A stretch of DNA of 63,240 nucleotides from Desulfobacterales bacterium (GTDB lineage Bacteria; Desulfobacterota; Desulfobacteria; Desulfobacterales; UBA5616): positions 1-63,240 of the forward strand of contig JAWODC010000060.1 in assembly GCA_046483495.1 (NCBI GenBank), in the 5' to 3' direction. Position numbers and translations under genes: made by a program. Under the pieces are notes generated by a model. The model worked only from the letters and a program-made list of their open reading frames with translations, did no database searches and had not been told where the DNA came from. This document shows positions 1-12,200 of the stretch, piece by piece (the stretch's first letter is position 1; each line of letters starts with the position of its first letter).

Positions 1-209
1 CCTTCAGGAGGATTTTCACCTGCAGTGGTGAGATTCTCAGAACTTCCTCCTCTCAAACGGTAAGTAGGCCGGGGCTGGAAGAGATAATAATCACTCTCAG
101 CCACCTTTTCATTTAGCTGATACAAAGGGGGACTCCATCCTTTGTGGACAAAGGAATCTGCTTATAGACACCTTTAGCACCTTCCAATGTAGAACTAGTC
201 ATTTCAACT

Positions 210-3200
210 CTATATGCCGCTTTCGCCCTCCATGCGGAGAACGGCCTTGTTGCTGTACACGTTGAAAGTGTTGCCGCCCTCGCCGCCGAAAGCCGTCAGC
301 GCATGGGTGATGCCCTGGCTCAGCCATCCGCGCGTAATGCGCAACAGTTCCATGTCGTCACTGTCAGCGGTAAGATCGATGTTCTGCGTGTCATCCGCTA
401 CGGTGCGGATGTCGTCGGGCCGATCGCCCTCGGGGTAGTCGTATCCGTTCGGGTTGGTGCCGAACACCTGGCCGATCTGGAAAAGATCCCTGCCCAGACC
501 CCCGTCAAGCGTGGTAATCGCACTGTTGTCGTCGACGTAGAACCGGTCGTCGCCGTCTCCCGCGCTCACCATCAGCCGGCCGTTGATCGAGGTGTCATAG
601 TTGATCCGCTGCACCGGCGTGAGGAACTCATTGGAGTCGGCATCATCCGGATCGTATACCGGATTCGGGGTCAGGTAAGCCACGAAATTGCGGCGCAGCA
701 GGAACACGTCATTCGTTCCCGGGTCCGTGCCGCTTTCTTGCGGATGGTTCCAGTCGAATGCATCCGTACCGACCGCGTCCAGGGTGTGCATGCGCAGGGT
801 GTCGCTGCCGTCATTCGGCGCACCGGAATCCTGCACGTTGACGAGATAGGCCGTGCCGCCGGCGCCGATGTTGACCACGTAATGGTCCGTGCCGCCGCAG
901 CCGTCCAGATCGATCGTGTCGAGCACCGCGCCGTCGCTGCCGTCGGTCAGCAGATGGCCGGGACGGTCGTGAGTGCCGGTGATGGACGGCAGGTGGTCGA
1001 GAACGAACCAGTCGGTGCCGCCGGCCGCATCCCCGATGTCTCCCAGCACCCGGGTGTGGCCGCTCAGCGATTCAGGATGCAGATAGAAGGTGTCGTCGTC
1101 GTGCTCACCGGTGATCAGCAGGCTCGTTGTCGAGATCGATCCCAGCAGATCGAATCGTGCTCCCGTGTGGTAGCCGTTTCCGTCGGCATCGACACCCGTG
1201 TTGTCGTCGGCGTCACCATGGTCGATCCGCAGGGTTATGCTGTCCGTGACGGCGGTGGTTCCATCCTCATCCGTGGTAATCGTGGAACCTGCATCGATCA
1301 GCATGTCGTCGCCGGCCAGAAGGGTTACGCTCGTCGCGGCCATGATGTCCGCGTTGTACTCTACAAGCAGGTCTTCGTCCGAATCCGAGCCGTCCAGGGC
1401 CGACACGGTCGTGCCGCCGTCCGGATGCGGCAGCAGCGTCATGGCAGCCGAGTCGATCGCCTGGAGCGTAATATCCGCCGTAGTGGACTCGACATCTTCC
1501 CGCACCCGCATGAAGCCGGTGGTCGTGACGCGAATGGTCTGCTGCGCGCGCAGGCCGTTGATTGCGGTGTTCAGCACGGGGTCGCCGACGAGTCCGATCT
1601 GCCCGACAATCAATCCGTTCCGATCATCCAAGTAGATGCCGCCGGTGCTGCTCTCCGCTTCGAGATAAGCGACGCCGGCCTCCAACGCGTTCGCGTTAAG
1701 ACCGATATTGCCGTAGGCCTGCAGTTGAGCCTTGGACGCGACAATCTCGAGGTGGCTGTCGCCGCTGTCCAGAATGGATCCGGCCGAAGCATCGATGTCG
1801 ACCTGGGTGGTCGTGCGGAGATGGCTCAAAGAAATGTCGCCGGTGGCGTCCATGTCAATGAACCCATCGGTCGCATCGACGTAGGAACCGTCCGCCATGG
1901 TGATCGCCCCACCGCCGGATTTGTCATTGTCGGCACGCACCGTAACCGTGGCGCCGCCCGATTCGGTGTCGATGGAACCGCTTGCGTTAAAGGTGATATC
2001 CCGGTCGGCCAGCAGGGTCACGGTGCCGCCGCCGCTCGTGATGGGCGCATGGACGTGAATGTCGTCCGTCGCATCCAGCAGGACCGGGCCGGCAGCGCTG
2101 TCGATGGCTTCGGACACGGTGATGGAACTGGCCGCCGAAATGTCCACGGTCGTGCCGGCGACAATGCCGACCTGGTCGCTGATTCCGCCGATGATCAGGT
2201 CGCCCGTATTGTCGAGCCAGATTCCGCCGGTGCCCGTATTTGCCTCGAGATTGGATATTTGGGTCTCCAGCCGCTTCAGAGCATCGGCAACCCCATCATC
2301 GGCATTGAGCACCGCGCCGAGTGCATGGATGTCGATATCGGCATCGGTGTCGGCCCCTTGGACATCGTTACAGTAATCGACGATCGCCCCGTCGACGTTA
2401 AGGGTAACGATGCCCTTCTCTGCATTGATCCGGTCGATGAAGGCGTCTCCGTCCACCTGGACGGTAATGTCGCCGTCCGTGGAAGTCATGTTCTCGACAT
2501 ACAGATCCCCGAAACTGTGAATGAACGTGTCGCCGATCGAATAGGAGGTCAGCTCGCCGTCGATGATCCAGATCTCCAGGAAATTGTCCGCCGTGCCGAT
2601 AGTCCCGCTCGCACCGGAATGCAGGTAGACGTTACCGATAATCGGGGTCACGACATTGCTGCTCGGCAGATCCTCGTCATCAAAGATATCCAACAGGGAC
2701 CCGTTCGGCGCCTGGAGGTCGATGTAAGTGTCGGAAGAGACCTTACCAACATACATGTCTCCGTCGAGAACCTTTATTTGAACGATGCCGCCTGCGTCGA
2801 TCTGAGCAATTCTCAGGTCATCGATGGTCTGGGTTTCGCCATAGATCGTGAGGGATCCCCCTACCTGGTTGATGACGATATCCCCTGCCGCCTGGGCACT
2901 CAACCGGCTCGAATCGGAAAGCTGAATCCGCAGCGGATCTGCTTCCGAACCGATGGAGCCCGTTTCGGACAGCAGGATCAGGTCGCCGAAGCCGCCGATC
3001 GCCGCGGTCGAATCGGTGTTGAGGTCGGTGATCGAGCCGTGGGCCTGGAGACGAACATTTCCACCCGCCCTGATCGAGTCGATGTTGAAGCCGCCCATGG
3101 TCTGAAGCGCCATGCCCGCCCCGGAGGCCGCGGAGAAGGCGCCGTAACCCGAGGGATCGGATTCATCGATTGCGTCCACATCGACATCGTCCCAGAGCTG

Positions 3201-6200
3201 CAGCGTGAGGTTTTCCATTTCGAACTTGTTCAGCACCAGGTCGCCGGTCGAAAGGTCCACAGCCCCGTCATCATCCGTTGCATGGTCCGCCCGCTGGCCC
3301 CGCTCGGTGGTGAGCCGTTCCCAGACAGTACCGTTGCTGTAGTCCTGCTGGACCAGGTCCATCGACCGTGCGCTTCCCGTATATCGATACAGGCCATAAC
3401 TGTCGGCGTTCAGCTGTACGAGGACCGTGTCGCCCGAAACGATGGAGACCGTCACAGGCACAGTTGGATCCGATCCGGTGGCGTGGTCCACATCGATCCG
3501 CCGCCAGGATGTGCCTGAGAAGAATGCCGCATCCTGGTCGTCGCTCTGGAACCGGCCGCTGTCCGGATCCCGCAAGTAGGTTTCAGGATCGATATCGGTG
3601 GCTTCCCATTTGTCACTTTGCGCATAATCGACGCCGCTGAGATCGAATAAGGTCGCCTCTCCCACATATCGATAAACGATGTTATCACTCAAGTTTTTGA
3701 CCAGAGTGCCTTTGGTCAGGGTAAAATAGACATCCGATAGGCCGCTTCCGATGTACTCGTAAAGGGCATAACCGATCCCGATGATATCCGCGGCCGTTGC
3801 GATCGACAGAACCTCCTTTTCCGGTGTGGACAGGGCGGCAAAATTGCCGGTCATGTCGATGGACATCATGTCGGACACGTGGCCGATTTCGCCCGTACTG
3901 CCGCCCGCGATGATCGTCACGTTGTTGCCGATGATGTTGGGCGACTCCGTGGCGGACATGGGAATGCGGCTGCCCAGAAATTCCGCGTGAGGGTAAAGAG
4001 TCTTGTAAAGGTCCGGTGAAAGCGGGTACATGAGCGCGTCGAGGGTAAATGTCCCGGCCGTGATCAATTCCTGCACCCTCGGGTCGAGATTTTCGATGTC
4101 AATGCTCTCGCTCGGCCGGAAAAGCTCGAGGAAGGCGTCGTAAATCGACCCGTCCACAGTTTCCAGGTAGACGTCGCCGCTTATGGAGTGAATGGAAGCC
4201 TCGACCTCCACGCTTTCCGGGAACGTCTCCGGTTCGATCAGGTTCAGATCGCCGTCAATCTCGGTGATGTAGATATCCCCTTCCGCCCTGACCGCCAACC
4301 CACCCATGCCGAAGGCCGCGCTGTCGATCTCAATGGGAAGTGCGGCGGTTCCCACGAAACCCCGCTTGCTGTAAATCTCGATCCGGTTCCCCTTGATCAG
4401 GGAATCGGCATCCAAGGCGAACACCCCGTCCGGGGCATGCAGGGTTACGTTGCCGCCGATGGAAATCACCTGGTCGACGATAATGCTGCTGGTCTGGTCT
4501 TCGGAAACCAGGATGACCTCGATGTCCTTGTCGGAGGTGATGTTCAGGCCGGTGGGATTGCCCCCCTGGCCGCCCTGAAGGTTGAAGTAAACCGAACCGC
4601 CGGCCGTCATAGTGGGGTTAGCCCCGAAGATGGCGGACGTCTCGGTCTGGATGATGTCGCCGTCGGCAGTGAGGGTGATTTTCCCTTCGATTTTGGGAGT
4701 GACGCCTAAGTCATGCGGTACGGCCAATTCACCCTGCAGGCGGATGTCCCCTCCGGAAGTAATCGTGATCTCGGGGCTGATCGGGCCCTGGATGAATTCG
4801 ATGTCGACCGGATAGTCGGCCTTGAGGGTGTGGGTGAAGTAATCCTTGATGCCCGTGGTCGTGGTGATGCGGGTGTAGTACGTCTTTTCTCTCATCCAGC
4901 CGCCGCCCCACTCGTCGTGAAACTCATCCACGGTGACATTTTCGAAATCGCTGTAGTACTGATCTTTGGCTGGATCCTGAAAAGTTTTATTAGCAACCTG
5001 AGCATTAAGAGTCAACAGGGTGCCCGAATCCTTAATTTGTTCCCAGGTCGGGTTGTCGCCCGTCGAAGCGGTGGCGTAATCGATGGTCGAGAGCTCTGCC
5101 TCGGCGCCGGACGGTCCGATATAGCGGTAGAAAGCGTTGTCCGGTGTCACACCATCCAACGTGGTGTCGGTCCACTTCACGATGGTACTATCAGGCGTCA
5201 AATCGATGATTTTGTCCGGAACCCGGTAGAATTCCACACTGTATGCCGAATCGGCCGCATACCAGGGAACATTGCCGCTGCTGCTGAGGTCGACGAATTC
5301 GGATTCCAGGAGCGGTGTTTCATCCCGGTCGTAAATATCCATATCGGTCCAGCTGTCATCCGCTGCCAGGGCATCCCAGTCGAATCCAAGCAGGTTGAAG
5401 CTCTTCTGCTCGTAATGGTACACTTCCACATGGGACTTTTCCTGGCCTTCGGTCCAGACGTACTGAAGACCGATGGTAGGGTAGTATGTAATAGTTTCAC
5501 CGAAATGGTAATCATCATAGGCGATCGCCGTGTAGTCGATCCTGGAGATGTCCGACGCCGTCGCCGGCACAAATACACCCGTGTATGTGGTCTCCTCGAT
5601 CTGATCACCCGCCACGCGATACTCGACCTTTACGAGGGCGGCCGTGTTGATGATGATGATCTCCCCCTCCCGGAACGTCGTCACATCGATTCTGCCCAGC
5701 ACCAGGTCGTAGTCGCTCTGGTTGTCGATCGTCACGTCGGTGTAGCCGTTGGCCACCCGAAGCGTGCCGTTGCCGGTGCTGAATATCTGGCCCGCCAGGG
5801 TGATGGAGCCGCCCGTAGGCACAATGTCCTCCACCACGATCGCCTGCTGGGCCGCGTCGTAATAACCGTCCACGGGAATGTTGTGGGCACCGAAACTGAT
5901 GCCGGGCAGCGGATTGCCGTCGTCGTCCAGCAAGCTTGTCGTGTAGGCACCCGGGTTGAAGTCCTCGGAAATATCGAGCGTCACGTGGTCGGTTCCGCTC
6001 TGGACCAGGCCGTTGATGTTGAGATATCGTGCCGTTATATTGATTCGGCCTTGCGCAACGATCGAAGAATAGTCGTTGTTGATCGCATTTTCCAATGCCA
6101 AGGCGGACAGGTTGCCGTCAGGCCCCGGAATTCCATCCGTATCGTTGAAAACCTCATAATCATAGGCACCCGTTATGTTATCGAAGACAAGGTTTCGAAG

Positions 6201-9200
6201 AGCGGTGTAGTCCACGTACTGCCGCGGATCCCGGTTGGTGTGGAGCCAGTCTTCCGTGCTGAGGTTGAAGTCCCCCTGGGCCCGGATCGTGACGTTTTCC
6301 GCCCGGATTTCGCCGGAGACATTGACGCCGCCCTCCAGATTTTCGATGGTCAAATCCCCGTTTTCATTGATGACCCGGCCTAAAATGTATAGATCCTGGG
6401 GCACATCCGGAATATCCAGGCCGCCAAGGTCGTAATCGCTTTCGAGATATGCATCCTGAAGGATCGTGATCTCCTTGACCCGTGTCACCGTGCCGAGGTC
6501 AAAATCCGGGGTGTACGTCTCATAACCGGTCGCGTCGAAATCGATGGTGAAGTAGTCCCCGCTGACCGATTTCACCTCGTAGACGCCGCTTAGCGCATTC
6601 CAGCCGCTCTGGGTGATCCCCTCGAAACGGACCGCATCACCGGCCGCAAAATCGTGGCCGGCCTTGTACACCCGGGTCTGGCCGCTGACCGGGGCCAATC
6701 CGTCGATGCCCATGTCGAGGTTGCTCAAGGACATGTTGTTGAAATAGACATTGCCCGGCGTCAGGACCACGAGCTCGTCGCCGGACACGGCGATGCGCCG
6801 GTTGTCCTTCACCATGGCGTCATTGACGGCCATGAGTAGGGGGGACTTGTTCAGGATATTGATGCCCGCATCGGCCCTGGCGTTCAACTGATCGCCCACC
6901 ATGGCCGCAAAACCGCTCTGCGCCCCGTCGTCGGCCCCGATAAAGACCGAACCCGGTGACGCGTAGACGTCGGGCAGTTCCACAAAAAGCATATCCAGCG
7001 CCTTCTTGACCACCAGTACGCCGTCGATCCATTCGGCCAATCCCTGGTCGACCAGTGTCGCCTCGAGCGCCTCCAACTGAACCTCATAGCGCGCGACCGC
7101 TTCCGGATCGGTGCCGTGGCTGATCATCCACTCGATCACGGTTTGCCGCTGCTCCATCAGCAGGTTGGTCACATTGACGCAGGAGATGGTAGGCGTATCC
7201 AGATTCAGCGGTTTGATGACGTAAAGTTTGCCGTCGAGCTGTGTCTTGAAGTTTTTCGTGACGTCGCTTTCATAAACCGTGTAAGCGTCCTGCTGCTCGG
7301 GGGTGAGTGACGCCCCCAGATCGGTCCACCGGGAGGTGACGGTGTAATCCTCGTTTTCAAGGACGATACTCTCGGAACCGCCGCCGGGAAGTTCGAACTG
7401 GTAGTAATGCCCCGCAATGCCGTTCCCGAACGAGTCCGTCACCAGGTGAATAATGATGCCGTCGGAAACGGTGAGAGGAATTTCACCCGCAGTCAGGTAG
7501 GCATATTCGTATTTGAGCGCCGGATCAAGCCCGAGGAGTTCTTTTTCATGGTGCGTCAACAGCAGGTGCTCGCCCGATGCCAGGCTGTCCAGCCGGCTCT
7601 TGACCGTTCCCAGCGACGTGTCTACGGAAGGCTGATCCGTCCCGTTGAGAGAGATCGGTTTGATATGAACCAGGGACTGATTATTGATACCGGCTTCGAC
7701 AAGGACGTTGTCACCGATGGAAACGGTATTGGTGCTGCTCACGTCGGCCCCGTCGGGCACCTCCATGCCGTAGGGAATCATGGACAGGGAAAGGGCAACC
7801 CCTTCCGTCCGGGCCCTGCCCTCCCCGCCGATTCCTTCCTGGGCCAGCAGGTTTACATCTTCGAGAGACTGGACGCGGGTGGCTCCGGTTATGGTGATGG
7901 TATTCGTCTCGTTGATGTCGGCATCGAGAACCGGTATCGTGATATTGGGCAGCAGCGATGCGGTGACGATTTCCGCATTAGCGATGGTGTAAAGGAAGTT
8001 CGGCTCCGAGAGCGCACTGGCGCTGGCGCGTCCCGCGTAAATGTACACGTCTTCGCCCTTGATCGTCGCATCGGTGATGTCGACCCGGTTTTCGGCATTT
8101 ATTAAGGACGAGGCATCCGCCGCGCCCACACCGGTCAGGCCGCTCACCACCATGAGGTTGGCGCTCGGATACAGGCTCACCGACGAGCGCGTGGTGAGAT
8201 ACACGTCTCCGGACTTGTTCTCCAGGGTCGCCCCGTCCACATCGATGTCGACGAGTGTTTCGGCATCGATGCGGGAAAGACCTGCCGCACCGCCGGCCAG
8301 GCCGGAGACCGCTTCGACCCGAACGCTGTCAACGGCCGTGATGTCGTTGTAGGCCTGAACAATCAGATTACCGCTGCTTCCGCTTACCCCTTCCACGGTA
8401 AGCGTGGTGCCGGCGCCGATAGTAATTTTGGTCTCGAGCGGATTTTCATCGGTCCCGATGTCCGTTCCGCTGGTGAGGATGGTCACGCCCCCGCCGATTG
8501 CAACGGAGCCGGCCCGCAGGTTGCTATCATCCGCCTCCAATTTCTGTTTGGTGAGGCGGTTCACGGCCGTAATGAAAATATTCTCGGCCGTAACTGTTGT
8601 GTTGTTTGTATCGATGTTGGCCTTACCGGTTATCGTGTTTTTCGCGACGGCGCCAGTGCCGGCGAGAAGACCGAGCGTATAGGCGTCCGCCCTGGAATCG
8701 ATATCCTGATTACGGATGGAAGAGAGTTCCAGTGTCTTCACATCGATGATGGAATTCCCCAGCGTCACCAGGGTCGCGTTATCATTCGAAACCCTTGAAT
8801 CAGCACCCGCGCCGGAAAGAACTCCGCCGCTTCCGGCTGCGCTGTCTGCAAACAGGTCGTCATCGCTGTTCGCAGAAATCCTCAGGGCTCCGGCCTCGAT
8901 ATTCGTGTGGTCGCCAACGGCTGATGCGACTTCGTAAATATCGTTGCCCTTGCCCAGGTTCACTTCCGCAATCATGGCGCCAACCGCCAGACCGCCAGCG
9001 CTGACGCCGATGCCTTCGGCAACGCCGGTGGCGTAAAGATTGGAGGCGACCACAATATCCCCGGTCACCTTTATATTTGAATCATTACCGATATACGCCC
9101 TGACTTCCGGCGCCATGTCCACAGTCGCGAAATTGATGCTTGCCGCGCCAATTCCCGCGGCCAGCCCGTAGGCCTCTGAATTGGCATTGATGTGGTGATT

Positions 9201-12200
9201 GGCTGTGACAGACAAGCCGTCCACCGTTCCGGTCTGGCCGAGGTCAACATAATCACCTATGTAAGCCTTGGTTAACCCGTCGACAGTGGACCAGGCCACG
9301 GAGGCGCCGGCTGCAGCGAGTCCGACACTCGCGCCGAGGCTCAGCGCTTCAAGATTTTGAGTTGAATCGGCAGTAATGGAAATCTGTTTGGCTCTAAGTA
9401 TCCTTGCTTTTGCAGAGGTGGATATGCCGGCGACATACGCCTGCACGTCGTTTGAAACCGTGTTGGTGATGACCGAGCCCCCGGCCCCGACAACGCCGCC
9501 GGCCAGGCTGAAGGTCAGGGAATCGATGGCGGTATCGTCCAGTGCCTTCAGATTGATGTTGCCTCCGGCCGACACGGAGGAAGCGCCTCGGATATCGGCG
9601 TGGATCGTGTTCGCGATGGCATTGGTGGATATGGAAGCGTTCGCTGCATAGGTGCCGGCACTGAAACCGGCGGAAAGCGTGGCGATCCTGGAATCCGAAT
9701 CGGCGGTCGCATTCACCTCGGACAAAACGGAGGTGACGGTGGAATCGACAATTTCGGCCTTGATGCTGTTGGCGATCGTGTTGGCGGCAATGGCGGCGCC
9801 CGCCGAAACCCCCGCGGAACCGGCGATGCTTCCGGCAAAGGACACGATATTGGCGCCGGAGTCGACCGTGTTCCCGTCAAGGGAATCGGTCAATTCCTCC
9901 ACCACCGCCAACGGGAGCAGCATGACCGGAACGCTGGAGGGTGCGGTCTCGACGGCGGAGAGGGCGACGCCGCCCCTCGCCCACACCGTGGACCCGGTGA
10001 TCCTGGCGTCCGTGACGTTGCCGATCTCGTTGATCGTCACGGTAGCCTGGCCAGAGAAAAATGTGGATACCGCCACACCCGCGGCGAAGGAACGGACGAC
10101 GTCCGAAGACTCGCTGGAAAGTCCAATACTACCGTACGAGCTGTCTACATCGGATTGGCTGATGGACGTGAGGACGCTGTTGTGGATGTGGTTTTCGGAT
10201 GCGGCAGCTCCCACCGCGCCGCCGCCGGCCGCCGAAAGACCCACGGCAATGGCGTCGATGGTGGATGTGTTGTCGGCCGAAAGGGTGACATTTCCGGTGG
10301 CCTTCACCTTGGCCCGCCGAATCACATCCTCGACCGTTTCGTTGACGATCGACGCGTCGATGATGTTACCTATGTCATTGTAGGCGAAGGACAACTGACC
10401 GGCTCCCATCCCCGAAGCAGCCACCCCGCCGACAAAGCTGAAGATGTCGGCATCGGACAGGGCGGCCAAATCGACGCCGCCCGTGAATGTCTCCACGGTG
10501 GAGCCCGCAATCTGGGCCCGGACCGTGTTGGCGATGCCGTTGTAGCCGATGATGCCGGAGATAGACACTCCACCGGAGCCGGCGATGCTGAGCCCAACAG
10601 AGGATATGGAGGACTGGTCCTCTGCCGAAAGGTCCACCAACCCTCCGGCCATTACGGTGGCGTCGCCCGCGATCCGCGCCTGCACGCTGTTGGTGATGAC
10701 ATTCCCGAAGCCGGTAAAATTCGCCGCGACAATCCCCGAAACGCCTACGCCGGCCGTCAGGGCGATGATTCGCGCATCCGACAGGGACGACATGGTAACA
10801 TCTGCGTCCCATTGAGTGATTTCAAAGTCGGTTATATCCAGATCGGTATCGTCGTAAGTGTCGGATGGCGTCGCTCCCGCCAGGACGGTCGAATTCTCGA
10901 TGCCTGTGGAAACAGTATTGGTCACTACATTTCCCATGAGCCCCACGTTGACCGCCACACCTCCTCCGGACACACTCACCATGACCGCCAGAATGTTGGC
11001 ATCCAGGTCGATGGGGGAATCTTCGAGTGCCCTGTTCAGCTCGTCAGCCGTCAATCCCATGATCTGATGATTCGTCCCGGTGGTCCCGCTCGAGCCGAGA
11101 TCGATGGCAATACCATTTTCCGCATTGTCCTTGGAGGCCGCCAGTTTCACCTTTGTCGGCTCACCATCGACGGCAATGATGTAATAGGTCTCCCCGGATT
11201 CTATGCCGTTAATATCCGTGCCTCCGCCGTTGTCGTATTTAACGGCATCCCCGGTTTTCCACGGGTTTTCACCGACGACTATCGTGTCTGCCGATGTATC
11301 GACTGCGGTGTCCGGGTCCAGGGTTGCACTGTGCAATGCCGGCCCTACCATCCATTCAGGAATGACACTGGGTGCGATATCCTGGGCCGAAAGGTCCACA
11401 TCGCCGTAAGCGTATACTTCGGAATCGAGGATCGTCGAAGTCACCGTGTTGGCCACCGCATTGCCCATGGCGCTCACTTGGACGGCGAATCCGCCGCCCG
11501 AAACCCCCAGGGATAGGGTGCGGATGATGGAGGCGGATTCCGCATCCAGGTCGAGGGATGCATCGGTTTCCAGGGTAGAGCTTTCAATGGCGGTGGTGAT
11601 CGTGTTGGTGATCACGCTGGTGCCCAGACCGACACCCACAGCCCCTGCCCCGGCGGACACGCCGATGGCCAGGGCGTCGATGGTTGAAGTGTCTTCCGCC
11701 GAAATGACGATCGCCCCTTCGGTGTCCAGATTGGAACCGTCGATGACGGCCTCTGTGGTGTTGGTGATCACATTGGCCGTGAGTGAAATGAGTCCCGCGC
11801 CCGCACCCACTGCCAGGCCGCCGCTGAATCCCATAATCTGCGCATCGGACTGAGCCGAAAGCCGCACGCCAAGGCCCGGAATAATCACAGTCGTTCCGTC
11901 ATCTGCCAGGAAATCTTCCTTGCCGGATTTCACCCTGGAGCCGATGATGCGGGCGGCCACGGAATTTGTAATCACGTTTGCACCGATGAGCGCCCCCACG
12001 GCAACCGTCGATCCGGCCACGCTGACCCCCGCGGATCGGATATCCGATTCGTCGCCGGCTTCCAGGTTCACCGATCCGCCGGCCTCCACATCGGAGCCGC
12101 CCTTGATGGCGGCCTCCAACGAGTTGGCAATGGCGTTGCCGAAGCCCGTTGCATTCACCGCCACCGCGCCCGAGCCTGCCACGCCGATGGTGAGGGCCAT

